Below, one piece after another: positions 27,195 to 37,439 of a DNA stretch of 64,000 bases. This DNA comes from Planctomycetota bacterium (lineage in GTDB: Bacteria > Planctomycetota > J058 > JAJDCQ01). The notes below the pieces were generated by a model. That model saw nothing but the letters and a program-made list of their open reading frames with translations. It was not told the origin of the DNA and ran no database searches. The position numbers were made by a program, and so were the translations under genes. Within the stretch, counting starts at the first letter, position 1. The number at the start of each line of letters is the position of its first letter. Location: the NCBI GenBank assembly GCA_029260755.1, contig JAJDCQ010000090.1, forward strand, positions 23,588-87,587, in the 5' to 3' direction.

Positions 27195-27506
27195 TAACCC
27201 GACTGCACCGACGACCTCTCTCCGAGCAAGACCGGGCTGTTCCAGGAACGACGAGTCTCACCGAGCGGGCCCCGAGGTCCCGGTGGGACGACTGCCCGGC
27301 GTTCCGACTCAATGCGTCGCAGCGACCGCGGGGATTTTCGGCTCAGCGCGCCAGGGCGTCACGATGGCGCGGACTCGCTCGTCTCTCCAACAGGCTAATT
27401 GAAAGCTACTTACGAGCCGCCGCGGCAGTGAGCTCACCTTTGGAATGTCGCTTGCGGTTCCAGGTCCGGTGCGTTGGAAGAGAGCACCCTCGGAGGTAGC
27501 AAGACC

Positions 27507-29525
27507 ATGCGTCGTAGAGGACTGATCCTGGGCGGGCTGGCGATCGTCGCCGCCGCGACCCTCCTCCCCGTCACCGCCGAGACGGCGACCGCCGACCACC
27601 TCCTGGTCGGCCAGTACGACGTCCGGGGTGAGGATAGCAAGAAGGGGTCGTACGAGGGCACCGTGCAGCTCTCGGAGGATGAGACGGGCGCCATCCGGGC
27701 GCGCGGGCGCCTCCGCTTCCGTCGCGGCAAGGACCACCGCTTCGACGTCGCCGCCACGGCCACCGACACCGGCATCACCTTCACCCACGAGAACCGGATC
27801 CGCCTCTCGTTCTGGGACCGTCTGTTCGGTCTCTTCGGGGGCGGCGGAGCCGACGAGGCCGGCACGACCGTCTACGTCCTCGACGCATCGGGCACCGACA
27901 CCGCCGGGCAACTGCGCGGCGTCTGGACGGTCGAGGGGAGCGAGCGTCGGACCGATACCTGGCAGAAGGCCGTCCTCGGGCTCGACTCCGTCTCGCCGGC
28001 CGAGGTCTCGGTCGGTCGCTCCGATCAGGAGCTCGTGATCCACGGCCGCTTCCTCCCGCGCTCGGCGACGGTCGACGACATCGTCTTCCTCGCCGGCGAC
28101 GCCGAGGACGCCTCGGTGCGCGTCACCCGCGTCCGGCGCACCAACGACGACCGCACCGAGCTCCGGATCGAGGTCGAGGTCGAGCGGACGGCCACCCTCG
28201 GCCCGCGGGCCCTGCGCGTCCGCGATCCGAACGCCGAGGTCGCCCATGACGGCGAGGCGACCCTCGCGAACGCGATCACCGTCCAGCCCGGCCCGCCGCG
28301 TCTCCGTCTCGGCCATCCGGCTGACCGCGTGCAGGCGGGTCGCGAGCACGAGCTCTTCGTCCCGATCGAGGACGGCACCCTGACCTTCCGTCCGGCGATC
28401 GCCGAGCTGCGAGCGAATGACGGCTCGGTGGTCGAGGGTGACGGCGAGAGCTACGAGATCGCGAAGGCCGGCACCTTCCAGGTGATCCCGGCGAGCGACG
28501 GCGAGCTCACCGTGTCCTACGTCCTCGAGGCGGAGTGCGCCCCCGAGAACAAGCCGTGGCACTTCTGGTACTTCCCCTACGCGAAGCGCAGCCGCGCGGG
28601 CATGAGCCTCTGGAGCGACGGCGGCGCCTACGAGAAGCTCGACGCGGCGCTCGGGATCACCCACGACCCCGAGAGCGCCGAGGAGTTCGACGCGAGCCGC
28701 CACATCGACCGCGACGAGTTCGAGATGCCCGAGGACGCGGACGAGGCGGCCCGCTACATCACCGACACGACGAAGGGCTTCGCCTGGTGCTACCAGCGCT
28801 CGGAGGACTCGAGCAAGGGCTGGTGGGGGCACTGCTGGGGCGCCGGCGTCGCGAGCAGCATCTACCGCCAGCCCGAGGCGGCGACGATCGAGGGCGTCGA
28901 CGGGGAGAGCTACTCGTTCACCCAGGAGGAGGTCGAGGGGCTGCTCTCGTCCTACTTCACCGACCACTCGGTGATCCCGCGCCGCTTCGTCAGCGACTGC
29001 CCGGCAGCTCGCCCTACCGACGAGCTCGAGGAGCCGTGCGACCGCTTCGCCGACGACTTCTTCCTCGGCCTGCACCAGGGCATCGGCAAGGAGGGGCTGG
29101 CGATCGCGTGCAACCTCCGCGCGGAGCTCACGAGCGAGGAGACGAGCGCGATGAACCAGGTCTGGAACCACGTCATCTTCGCCTACCGGGCGGAGGTGAA
29201 GGAGGTCGACGGCGCGAACGACAAGACCGTCGTCGAGGTGAGCCTCCAGATCCAGGCGAGCAACGACATCTACCCGAGCCGACCCGACAGCCGGCCCCGG
29301 GAGGAGAGCTACGTCCTCCGGTTCAAGTGCAACGCCGAGGGAGGGGTCTCCCGCGACGACATGGAGCACCAGAACTGGGTCGACGCGAGCCACTACACTC
29401 CGAGCTATCTCTGGAAGATCAGCGGCACGACCGGACGGACCACGAAGAACGAGGTCCTCCACGATGAGGTCGGGCTCGAGAAGCTGATCGAGATGTTCGG
29501 CTACAAGAAGTACGGCGAGGAGTAG
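27507..29525 (+). CDS. secreted hypothetical protein with papain/calpain-like Cys-Trp motif
   Basis: Signal peptide MRRRGLILGGLAIVAAATLLPVTAETATA. The motif GWWGHCWGAGVASSIY resembles the QGxCGSCW nucleophile motif of papain-fold peptidases; the catalytic assignment is unverified. Confidence 0.5.
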   Translation: MRRRGLILGGLAIVAAATLLPVTAETATADHLLVGQYDVRGEDSKKGSYEGTVQLSEDETGAIRARGRLRFRRGKDHRFDVAATATDTGITFTHENRIRLSFWDRLFGLFGGGGADEAGTTVYVLDASGTDTAGQLRGVWTVEGSERRTDTWQKAVLGLDSVSPAEVSVGRSDQELVIHGRFLPRSATVDDIVFLAGDAEDASVRVTRVRRTNDDRTELRIEVEVERTATLGPRALRVRDPNAEVAHDGEATLANAITVQPGPPRLRLGHPADRVQAGREHELFVPIEDGTLTFRPAIAELRANDGSVVEGDGESYEIAKAGTFQVIPASDGELTVSYVLEAECAPENKPWHFWYFPYAKRSRAGMSLWSDGGAYEKLDAALGITHDPESAEEFDASRHIDRDEFEMPEDADEAARYITDTTKGFAWCYQRSEDSSKGWWGHCWGAGVASSIYRQPEAATIEGVDGESYSFTQEEVEGLLSSYFTDHSVIPRRFVSDCPAARPTDELEEPCDRFADDFFLGLHQGIGKEGLAIACNLRAELTSEETSAMNQVWNHVIFAYRAEVKEVDGANDKTVVEVSLQIQASNDIYPSRPDSRPREESYVLRFKCNAEGGVSRDDMEHQNWVDASHYTPSYLWKISGTTGRTTKNEVLHDEVGLEKLIEMFGYKKYGEE

Positions 29526-29626
29526 AGACGCCTCCGCCGCAGACGCGCGACGAGTGGGCCGCCGGTCGACGCCGGCGGCCCGTTCGCCATCGCCCCCCTC
29601 CCGCTGCCGCCCCCGAGGACCGCGCC

Positions 29627-30361
29627 ATGCGCCGCCATCCGCTCTCCGTCGCCATCGCCATCTCGGTCGTCGTCCTCGCCTTCGCTGCCGTCGGCGTCGC
29701 GCGCGCCGACGATCCGGTCGAGCTCTCGGAGTGGCTCCCGGAGTGGGAGGTCGGTCTCTTCTGGGAGGTCGAGACCCAGCCGCTCGCCGTCGCCCAGCCG
29801 AAGGCCGAAGGCGGCGTCCGCACCGAACGCATCGACGAGAAGGTGATCGTGCGCTTCGAGGTGACGGGGACCAAGAAGCTCGACGGCAACGACTGCTTCG
29901 AGGTGACCGTCACCTCGAAGCTGCTGCCCGAGACCTGGCGCGTGCTCTACGTCCGGCGCGTCGACCTCTCGCTCGCCGAGCTCCACACGGTGACCAAGGG
30001 GCGCGGCGGCGAGGAGAGCCGCACCGTCGTCCGCCACGACCGCGGGACGTTCGTCTTCCTCGAGGAGACGGTGCTCTGCCCGCTCGACCTTCCGCGGTGG
30101 CCGACCCAGGACGAGGATGCCGAGCGCGAGGGCACCCTCGCGGGAACCGGGATCGCCTTCGTCGAGCGCCACCGGTTCGAGAGCAAGGACGGCCGGACCG
30201 TCCTCCACGTGGAGATCGAGACCGAGCAGAACGGCCGAAAGCTCGTGAGCCGGCAGTCGTGGCGCAAGGACAGCCCGTGGTGGATCGAGGCGAAGCGCAC
30301 GATCGGCGACCGCGAGGCGGAGATCGGCAAGCTCGTCAAGGTGGGCAAGAAGAAGGACTGA
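29627..30361 (+). CDS. secreted hypothetical protein
   Basis: Signal peptide MRRHPLSVAIAISVVVLAFAAVGVARADD. No recognised domain. Confidence 0.5.
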   Translation: MRRHPLSVAIAISVVVLAFAAVGVARADDPVELSEWLPEWEVGLFWEVETQPLAVAQPKAEGGVRTERIDEKVIVRFEVTGTKKLDGNDCFEVTVTSKLLPETWRVLYVRRVDLSLAELHTVTKGRGGEESRTVVRHDRGTFVFLEETVLCPLDLPRWPTQDEDAEREGTLAGTGIAFVERHRFESKDGRTVLHVEIETEQNGRKLVSRQSWRKDSPWWIEAKRTIGDREAEIGKLVKVGKKKD

Positions 30362-30585
30362 CGCCAAGAAGAAGGACGGACGGGCGACTCCGGCAGCGAG
30401 ATCGCGGCGACTCGAGCGACCCGGCGGCGAGCCCCGCGCGCCACGACCGGCGGGACGCGCCGGCTCGATCTTTACCCCGCCCTCCCCATTAGCGATGATA
30501 ATAGGAGGGGTTCCCTGCAAACCACGACGCGCGTGACGCGCCGACCCGCCCCCGGCGTCACGCCCCTCCCTCCCCGAGCGAGCCA

Positions 30586-31077
30586 ATGCAAGCCGATCGA
30601 CGCTTCGACGAGGGGCGCGTCCAGGTCTACACCGGCGCCGCCGCCCGCGACGCCCCCGCCTGGCTCGGGCTCACCGCCCGGATGCTCGGCGCCGAGATGC
30701 GCGCCGCCGTCTACCTCGTCGGCGCGGTCGCCCGCGCTCGGGGCGCCGCGGTCGCCCTCCTCGCCGACGCCTACGGTGGAGACCTGATCCACCCGGCGAG
30801 GGTCGAGCTGACCCCGGCCGACGCGATCGCCCGGGCCCGGGCGCACCTCGACGCCGGTGCGCCCGAGCTCGTCGTCCTCGCGGGCGTCCTCGACGACGCC
30901 CTCGCGGAGACCGACGCCGCCGCCCTGCTCGACCTCGTCCGCGCTCACCTCGATGCCGTGCCCCGGCCCCGCCTCGAGCTCGTCATCGAAGGAGCGGCCG
31001 CGCCGACCGATCTGGTCGACGCGGCCGATCTCGTCACCGAGCTCCGGCCTGCGCCGGCGGGACGCGCTTCGGGCTAG
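30586..31077 (+). CDS. hypothetical protein (possible degenerate CobO/BtuR-like fold)
   Basis: Overall pattern GRVQVYTG...VVLAGVLDD...ELVIE is reminiscent of cob(I)alamin adenosyltransferase but lacks the P-loop. Weak call. Confidence 0.3.
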   Translation: MQADRRFDEGRVQVYTGAAARDAPAWLGLTARMLGAEMRAAVYLVGAVARARGAAVALLADAYGGDLIHPARVELTPADAIARARAHLDAGAPELVVLAGVLDDALAETDAAALLDLVRAHLDAVPRPRLELVIEGAAAPTDLVDAADLVTELRPAPAGRASG

Positions 31078-31264
31078 CCCGGCTCTCGTCCGGACTGGTT
31101 CGTGGCCCCGGGCCGCGGTAGCGTGGTGGAGCGCCGAGCCGCACCTCGACGGATGATCCGGGAGCAGGTCGGTGGCGCGGCTCCGGACGGGAGCCCGATC
31201 GGTCTCGACCGCCCGGGAATGCGACGGCGCCGTCGGCGGTGGGTTACGGGAGGAGGAACGCATC

Positions 31265-32770
31265 GTGAGGAACGAACGCCACCCCCGCCGTCGTTGCGCC
31301 GTCCGCATCGCCGCCTCCGTCCTCGTCCTCGCCTTGGTGGTCGTCGTCGTCGCGAGCCGGTCGGCGCACGGGCGTCGCGCCGACGACGAGGACGCCCCCC
31401 GACCGTGGGCGCGCCTCCTCGAGAGCGCCGAGACCCGGGAGGACGCCCTCTACCAGCTCGGCTACGGCGAGCACGAGGGCGTCCATCTCTCCGCGGCGGC
31501 CCGGACCGCCCTGGCGAAGCTCACCGGGTCTGCCAACTGGGACCACCGGCGCCGCGCCGTCCTGGCCCTCGGGAAGGCCGGCGCGGGCGAGCACGCCGAG
31601 GCGCTCGTGGCGCGGATCCGCGATGAGGAGCACCTCGTCCAGGATGTCGCGACCCTCGAGGCCGTGCCGGCGCTCGGCGCGGACGCCCTCCCGGCCCTGC
31701 GCGCGCGCCTCGGCATCGCGAAGGAGCCCGCCGAGCGAGTCCGCCTGTTCGCCGCCGCGATCCTCGGCGGCGCCGCCGAGGACGAGGTCGTCGCCGAGCT
31801 CGACCGCGAGCTGACCCGGATCGATCCCGCGGCCGACCGTCGGGGCGACCTCACCCGTGTCGCGCACCGCGCCCTTGCGGCGGCCGGGAGCTGGCGCGCG
31901 GCCGAAGCGGTCCTGCGCCGCGTCGAGCTGCACGAGTGGAGCTCGGGCGCGCTGCTCATCCTCGCGACGGTGGCCGACGAGCGCGCCGACGAAGCGCTCC
32001 GCGGCTACCTCGAGAGCGACGACGCCGCGACCCGCGGCGTCGCCGTGATGGCGCTCGCGAGCCGCGCCACGCCGCCGGCCGCGGACGTCTTCCTGCCGCT
32101 CGCCCGCGATGACGCCGCCCCGCACGTCCGGACGGCCGCGTTCGACGCGCTCGCGAAGCTGGGCGCGGTCGACGCCGCGCCGGTGATCGCCGACGGCCTC
32201 CTCGCGGACGATCCGGCGATGGTGACGGCCGCCGCCCGCGCGCTGATCGCCCTGGGCGCGCCCGCCCGTCCGGCCGTCGTGAAGACGCTCTCGCCTCGGC
32301 GGCCCCGTCTCGTCGGGAAGCTCGAGCTGGTCGCTCCCGGCGGCTCCGTCTCGCTCGGCGACTCCTGGAACATGTTGCGCGACGCGCGGGTCGCGGCGGT
32401 CCTCGCGGCAGCCCCGGGCGGCCTCCGAGACGCCCGGGTCGCGGCGGGCCACTTCGCCCTCGTCCGCCGGCGCGGCAGCCACGTCTGGACGATCGTGGTC
32501 ATCCCGGTCGCATCCGCGAAGCGCGTGGCGGCGATCGACGGCGGGGTCACCCTCGCCGAGCTCGCCGGCTCGGGGAAGGGCGACGCGGCCCTCGAGGCCG
32601 ACGCCCTCGTGGCGTTCCTGCTGCCGCTCCACGAGCACGGGTTGGTCGCGTGGTCGGCCGACGCGCCGGCCGACGGCCGCCGGGCGCCGTTCGATCCGGC
32701 GACGATCGCCGGCGCCGGCGACGCGACCCCCGGCGACCCGGTGATCGTCCCCGCGTTCTGGGGCGAGTAG
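31265..32770 (+). CDS. HEAT-repeat protein, N-terminally membrane anchored
   Basis: TM/signal VRIAASVLVLALVVVVVASRSAHG. Repeated A/L-rich helical pairs with conserved D...R spacing typical of HEAT/PBS lyase repeats. Start at the GTG 31265 is inferred. Confidence 0.45.
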   Translation: MRNERHPRRRCAVRIAASVLVLALVVVVVASRSAHGRRADDEDAPRPWARLLESAETREDALYQLGYGEHEGVHLSAAARTALAKLTGSANWDHRRRAVLALGKAGAGEHAEALVARIRDEEHLVQDVATLEAVPALGADALPALRARLGIAKEPAERVRLFAAAILGGAAEDEVVAELDRELTRIDPAADRRGDLTRVAHRALAAAGSWRAAEAVLRRVELHEWSSGALLILATVADERADEALRGYLESDDAATRGVAVMALASRATPPAADVFLPLARDDAAPHVRTAAFDALAKLGAVDAAPVIADGLLADDPAMVTAAARALIALGAPARPAVVKTLSPRRPRLVGKLELVAPGGSVSLGDSWNMLRDARVAAVLAAAPGGLRDARVAAGHFALVRRRGSHVWTIVVIPVASAKRVAAIDGGVTLAELAGSGKGDAALEADALVAFLLPLHEHGLVAWSADAPADGRRAPFDPATIAGAGDATPGDPVIVPAFWGE

Positions 32771-32779
32771 ACCCGGCGC

Positions 32780-33564
32780 TCAGAGCCCGCGGGCGAGGTC
32801 GCCGGGACGGCGCGGGTAGTCCTCGGGCCGGATCGGCGCCGGGTTGCCGAGGACGGCCGTGTCGGGCGACGGCGGAATCCGCTTGTCGAGCACCGTCTCG
32901 ACGGTCTCGGGCGAGGTGAGAACGACCTCGACCCGACGCCGTCCGTCGCTCCCGGGCAGGATGCCGTCCGAGAGCATTCGGAGCAGCTGCCGGTCGCGAT
33001 CGTTCGGCGGCCTCGCCGTGGCGAGGACGATGCGGTCGTCGTCCGCTTCGGCGACGAACGTCCGAAGCTCGTGCGAGAAGTCGGGCGAGATCCGGGCGAG
33101 GGTCTCGTTGTCCAGAGCGTCGGGGTCGATCTCGCGATAGGGCGGGTCGGCGACCGTGGCGAGACACGGGCTCGGTCCGTCGGCGGGCGGCAGCGCCGCC
33201 GCCTCGGGGCCGCCCTCGACCAGCCGATCGAGCTGACGCTCCGCGTAGCGCTCGAACAGCTCCGGCGGCGCCGCCACGCACTGGCCCGCCTCCGCGAGCA
33301 TCTCGATACCCCAGAGCGAGGTGGTGAACGTGACCGATCGCTCGCACTCGCCGCAGCGGCGGAGGGCGTCGTCACCGGTCACCTCGAGATCGTCCCACCC
33401 GAGCGGGCACAGGAACCGCCCCGTCAGCAGCGTCCGCGCCTCCTCGCGGCGGCCCGCCCGCATGAGCGCCGTCACGTAGCGAAACCGCGCCGCCTGATCG
33501 CTCGGATCGGTCTCGACCGTGCGCTTCAGGCGCTCGAGCTGTTCGTCGATGCTCACGAGGAGAC
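32780..33564 (-). CDS. hypothetical Cys-containing protein, translationally coupled to pdxT
   Basis: GTG start overlaps the pdxT stop by about 12 nt. Contains CPLGWDD...CGECERS. No family recognised. Confidence 0.4.
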
Positions 33565-34209
33565 GATGGCGCGCCCCCCGGCGACCCGCAAGAGCTCCCG
33601 GACGAAGATCGCCGAGACGGGGTGGTCCTCGTCGAGCTCGGGGTGAAACGTCGCGGCGATGATCGAGCCCTGCCGGACGAGGACCGGATCGCCGCGCTCG
33701 CGCCGTGCGAGGACGTCGACGCGCGAGCCGACCTCGACGATCCGCGGGGCGCGGATGAACGTCCCGGCCCCGTCGGGGAAGCCCGCCTCCCCCGTGATCG
33801 CGTGAACTCCCGAGGCGATCTGAGGCCCGTCGGCGTTGCGCACCACCGAGACGTCGAGGAGGCCGAGGCTCCGCTGCGGCGGCTCGACGGCGCGGGCGAG
33901 GAGGACGACGCCGGCGCACGTCGCGAGGACCGGCTTGCCGGCGGCGACGTGCTCCCCGACGAGCGTCTCGAACGAGTCGGTCAGCCCCTCGAGCTCGAGG
34001 ATGCGGAGCATCGCGGTCGACTCGCCGCCGGGCAGGATGAGGCCGTGGGCGGTCCGAGCTCGCTCGAGGTCGGCCGCGGTGCGCACGACCTCGACGTCGA
34101 GCGCGGGCTCGCTTCCCTCGGGACTCGCAGCGCCGCCGCGCGCGAGCGCGGCGGCGTGGGTCGAGAAGTCGCCCTGCAGCGCCAGGACGGCCACGCGGGG
34201 TCGGCCCAT
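33553..34209 (-). CDS. pdxT: pyridoxal 5'-phosphate synthase glutaminase subunit PdxT
   Basis: VAVLALQGDF...ILPGGESTAM...TCAG (catalytic Cys)...FHPE. The ATG overlaps the pdxS stop (ATGA). Confidence 0.9.
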   Translation of the reverse strand: MGRPRVAVLALQGDFSTHAAALARGGAASPEGSEPALDVEVVRTAADLERARTAHGLILPGGESTAMLRILELEGLTDSFETLVGEHVAAGKPVLATCAGVVLLARAVEPPQRSLGLLDVSVVRNADGPQIASGVHAITGEAGFPDGAGTFIRAPRIVEVGSRVDVLARRERGDPVLVRQGSIIAATFHPELDEDHPVSAIFVRELLRVAGGRAIVSS

Positions 34210-35123
34210 CAGAGCCCGCGCGACGCGAGGCGCTCGGCGGGCGTGAGCGTCCCGATGTCGATCCCGGGCATCGCGGCGGCGAGACCGCGGCTCACCTCGA
34301 GGAGCAGCTCCGGCTCGCGGTAGCCGGTCACGGCCCGGACGATGGCGCGGGCGTGGGCGGGCGGGTCCTCGCTCTTGAAGATGCCGCTGCCGACGAAGAC
34401 CGCCTCGGCTCCGAGCTGCATCATGAGGGACGCGTCGGCCGGCGTGGCGATTCCGCCGGCCGAGAAGTTCGGCACCGGCAGGCGCTGGTGGGCGGCCACC
34501 CACTCGACGAGCTCGCGCGGGACGCGCATCTCCTGAGCCGCGTCGTCGAGGCTCTCGCGGTCGAGCTCGCGCAGCGCGGCGATGCCCGAGGTCAGAGACC
34601 GCATGTGGCGCACGGCCTCGACGATGTTGCCGGTGCCCGGCTCTCCCTTGGTCCGGATCATGGCGGCCCCCTCGTCGATCCGCCGGAGCGCCTCGCCGAG
34701 GTCGCGGCAGCCGCAGACGAACGGGATCGGGAAGTCGCGCTTCCAGACGTGCTTCTCCTCGTCGGCGGGCGTGAGGACCTCCGACTCGTCGATGCAGTCG
34801 ACGCCGATCGCCTGCAGGATCTGCGCCTCGGCGAAGTGGCCGATTCGACACTTCGCCATCACCGGGATGGAGACGGCCTCACGGATCGAGAGGATCTTCT
34901 CGGGGGCGGCCATCCGGGCGACGCCGCCGTCGCGACGGATGTCGGCCGGGACCCGCTCGAGCGCCATGACGGCCGCCGCGCCCGCGTCCTCGGCGACGCG
35001 CGCCTCGTCCGCGTTCGTGACGTCCATGATGACGCCGCCGCGAAGCTGCTCGCAGAAGCCGATCTTGACCTTCGCCTCGTCGGGGCCGAAGCCGGGGACG
35101 GGCGTCGTCTCGGGGTTGGTCAT
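34209..35123 (-). CDS. pdxS: pyridoxal 5'-phosphate synthase lyase subunit PdxS
   Basis: [61 protein letters not shown]. These match the highly conserved PdxS/SNZ sequence. Confidence 0.92.
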   Translation of the reverse strand: MTNPETTPVPGFGPDEAKVKIGFCEQLRGGVIMDVTNADEARVAEDAGAAAVMALERVPADIRRDGGVARMAAPEKILSIREAVSIPVMAKCRIGHFAEAQILQAIGVDCIDESEVLTPADEEKHVWKRDFPIPFVCGCRDLGEALRRIDEGAAMIRTKGEPGTGNIVEAVRHMRSLTSGIAALRELDRESLDDAAQEMRVPRELVEWVAAHQRLPVPNFSAGGIATPADASLMMQLGAEAVFVGSGIFKSEDPPAHARAIVRAVTGYREPELLLEVSRGLAAAMPGIDIGTLTPAERLASRGL

Positions 35124-35165
35124 GGGGATCTCCGTTCGTCGTTTCGGGCTTGCTCGATCGCTTTG

Positions 35166-35181
35166 ATTGTTCTATAACAAT
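35166..35181. promoter_or_regulatory. candidate operator in the pdxST/pdxR divergent intergenic region
   Basis: ATTGTT-CTAT-AACAAT has 6-bp inverted arms. It is the only AT-rich palindrome in the 64-bp intergenic region between pdxS and the MocR-type regulator. Confidence 0.35.
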
Positions 35182-35187
35182 CCAGGT

Positions 35188-36513
35188 ATGACGCTAGAAC
35201 AAAGCTACGTCGAGGGAGGCACCGCCGTCAAGATCTCCGATGGGATCGAGCGGGCGGTCCGCGAGGGGCGCCTTCTCGCCGGCGATCGGCTCCCGACGGT
35301 GCGCGAGCTCGCGGAGCTCGGGGCGGTCAGCCACGCGACGGCCGCGGCCGCCTACCGCCGCCTCCGGGGTCGCGGCACCATCATCACCGCCGGGCGACGG
35401 GGGACGCGGGTGAGCGATCGGCCGGCGCTGGTGGGTCGGCGGGCGCCGCCGCTGCCCCGCGAGGTGCGAAACCTGGCGGCCGGCAACCCCGACCCGGCGC
35501 TCCTGCCCGAGCTCGGCCCGGCCCTCCGCGCGCTCGACCCGCGCCCGCGCCTCTACGGCGAGCGCGCGAACCTGCCCGCGCTCCTGGCCCTCGCCGAGCG
35601 TGATCTGCGCGGCTCGGGCCTGCCGGCCGGCCCGGTGACGATCGTCTCGGGCGGCCTCGACGGGATCGAGCGGACCCTTCAGGCGCATCTGCGACCCGGC
35701 GATGCGGTCGCGGTCGAGGATCCGGGCTTTCCCGACGCGATCGACCTCGTCCGGGCGCTCGGCCTCGAGCCGGTGCCGGTCGCGGTCGACGACGAGGGCC
35801 CCGTCCCGGACGCTCTCGCCTTCGCGCTCGAGTCGGGCGTCGCCGGCTGCATCTTCACTCCGCGCGCCCAGAACCCGACCGGCGCGGCGCTCTCCGCCGC
35901 GCGCGAGCGGACGCTCCGGCGGCTGCTCGACCGACACCCCGACGTCCTCGTCATCGAGGACGACTACGCCGGGCCGATCGCCGGCTCCCCGGCCCGGAGC
36001 ACGGCGGGCGGCAAGCGCCGCCGATGGGCGATCGTCCGGAGCGTCTCGAAGTTCCTCGGCCCCGACCTCCGCCTCGCCTTCCTGACCGGCGACGCCGAGA
36101 CGGTCGCCCGCGTCGAGGGCCGTCAGCGCCTCGGGACGAGCTGGGTGAGCCACATCCTCCAGGCGATCGTGGCCCGGCTGCTCGCCGCCAAGGGCACGGC
36201 GAGGCTGCTGGCGCGCGCGACGCGCACCTACGCGCGACGCCGCGAGGCGCTCCGCGCGGCCCTCGAGGCCCGAGACATCGACGCGAGCGGCGTCGCGGGG
36301 CTCCATCTTTGGATCCCGGTCTCCGACGAGTCGTTCACCGTCCAGTCGCTCCTCGAGTCCGGATGGGGCGTCGCGGCCGGCGAGCGCTTCCGGATCCGGA
36401 GCGAGTCGGCGATTCGCGTGACGTTCGCCGGGCTCGAGCCGGCCGACGCGGAGCAGTTCGCCGACGACCTCGCCGCGGCCCTCGGCGGGCACGGCAGGAC
36501 GCACGCGGCCTGA
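35188..36513 (+). CDS. pdxR: MocR/GabR-family PLP-dependent transcriptional regulator (PdxR-like)
   Basis: N-terminal GntR-type wHTH (LPTVRELAELGAVSHATAAAAYRRL). C-terminal fold-type I aminotransferase domain with SVSKFLGPDLRLAF (PLP lysine). Divergent from pdxST, as for characterised PdxR. Confidence 0.75.
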   Translation: MTLEQSYVEGGTAVKISDGIERAVREGRLLAGDRLPTVRELAELGAVSHATAAAAYRRLRGRGTIITAGRRGTRVSDRPALVGRRAPPLPREVRNLAAGNPDPALLPELGPALRALDPRPRLYGERANLPALLALAERDLRGSGLPAGPVTIVSGGLDGIERTLQAHLRPGDAVAVEDPGFPDAIDLVRALGLEPVPVAVDDEGPVPDALAFALESGVAGCIFTPRAQNPTGAALSAARERTLRRLLDRHPDVLVIEDDYAGPIAGSPARSTAGGKRRRWAIVRSVSKFLGPDLRLAFLTGDAETVARVEGRQRLGTSWVSHILQAIVARLLAAKGTARLLARATRTYARRREALRAALEARDIDASGVAGLHLWIPVSDESFTVQSLLESGWGVAAGERFRIRSESAIRVTFAGLEPADAEQFADDLAAALGGHGRTHAA

Positions 36514-36520
36514 GGCGCGC

Positions 36521-37207
36521 TCACTCGCAGGTGCGGAAGAGGTGCATCGTCGGAAGCTCGATCCGGACCTCCTCGCGCTCACCCCGGGCATCGGCGAGCG
36601 TCAGGACGACGAAGAGCTCGTGGTAGCCGAGCATCTCCTCGGCGCTCATCACCAGACGCAAGCGCTCGTCGATCCAGGCGCCACGGTGACGGAACGGACG
36701 CTCGACCCGGACCGTCTCGACCGAGAAGAGCTCGGGCGTCTCGGGACAGACGACGTCGATCTCGATCGTCACCAGCTCGTCCATGGGGAGGACGACCGGA
36801 GCGTCGATGCGAACCTCTCGGACGACCGGCTCGGGCAGGGTCTTCGGACCATCCCAGTCGACGTCGACGAAGGCCTCGCGCTCGATGTGGGCCGCGGCCC
36901 GCCGCAGACGCTCGTCCGGGTCGTCGATCGTCGCGATGAATCCGCGCACCACATACGGATTGGCAGGATCGGAGGTGGCGAGCGACTCGAGGGTAGAGCG
37001 AGCGGTCGGATCGCCTCTGCCCCACCGGGCGAGCGCCTCGACGTCCCCGATCCACTCGTCCCAGTCGTCCACCGTCCCGGACGTCGGCGGCCCGTAGCCG
37101 ACCCGGTGCGCGTACCACGCGACCATGATCGGCCGTCGGGCCGCGACGACGAGCAGGGTCGTCGCGAAGACGGCGACGACGACGAGGGCGAGGCGGCGTT
37201 CGGTCAT
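36521..37207 (-). CDS. hypothetical membrane-anchored protein
   Basis: N-terminal TM LALVVVAVFATTLLVVAA. No family recognised. Confidence 0.45.
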   Translation of the reverse strand: MTERRLALVVVAVFATTLLVVAARRPIMVAWYAHRVGYGPPTSGTVDDWDEWIGDVEALARWGRGDPTARSTLESLATSDPANPYVVRGFIATIDDPDERLRRAAAHIEREAFVDVDWDGPKTLPEPVVREVRIDAPVVLPMDELVTIEIDVVCPETPELFSVETVRVERPFRHRGAWIDERLRLVMSAEEMLGYHELFVVLTLADARGEREEVRIELPTMHLFRTCE

Positions 37208-37282
37208 GCTCGCCGATACCCGCGGATGGAGAGGGAAGTTCCAAGAACGGATCCCGCCGTCGGCAATGCCTTGGCGACACCC

Positions 37283-37378
37283 GAGTCAATCCGCGTAGTC
37301 CGCGTCATCCGCGGTTCCACTCTCTCTCGAGCGCTGAAACGAACGGGAACCGCGGATTGTTGGATTGACTGGATTGCG
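37283..37378. repeat. family-G palindromic element (single copy in window)
   Basis: Arms are built from 9-bp tandem units: aaTCCGCGt/agTCCGCGt/caTCCGCGg on one side and GGATTGtt/GGATTGact/GGATTGcg on the other, around a central ggttcc...ggaacc. Confidence 0.6.
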
Positions 37379-37439
37379 AGCTGACGGGTGCTCAGTCCAT
37401 TGCCGACGCCTACGCTCCCGCTCCAGGAACGACGACGTT

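Noticed and set aside
30519-30575. Inverted repeat GCGTGACGC...GCGTCACGC and AT-rich hairpin CCCTCC...GGAGGG upstream of 30586
   Set aside because: Short GC-rich inverted repeats are frequent at this GC content. There is no second occurrence to support a regulatory role.
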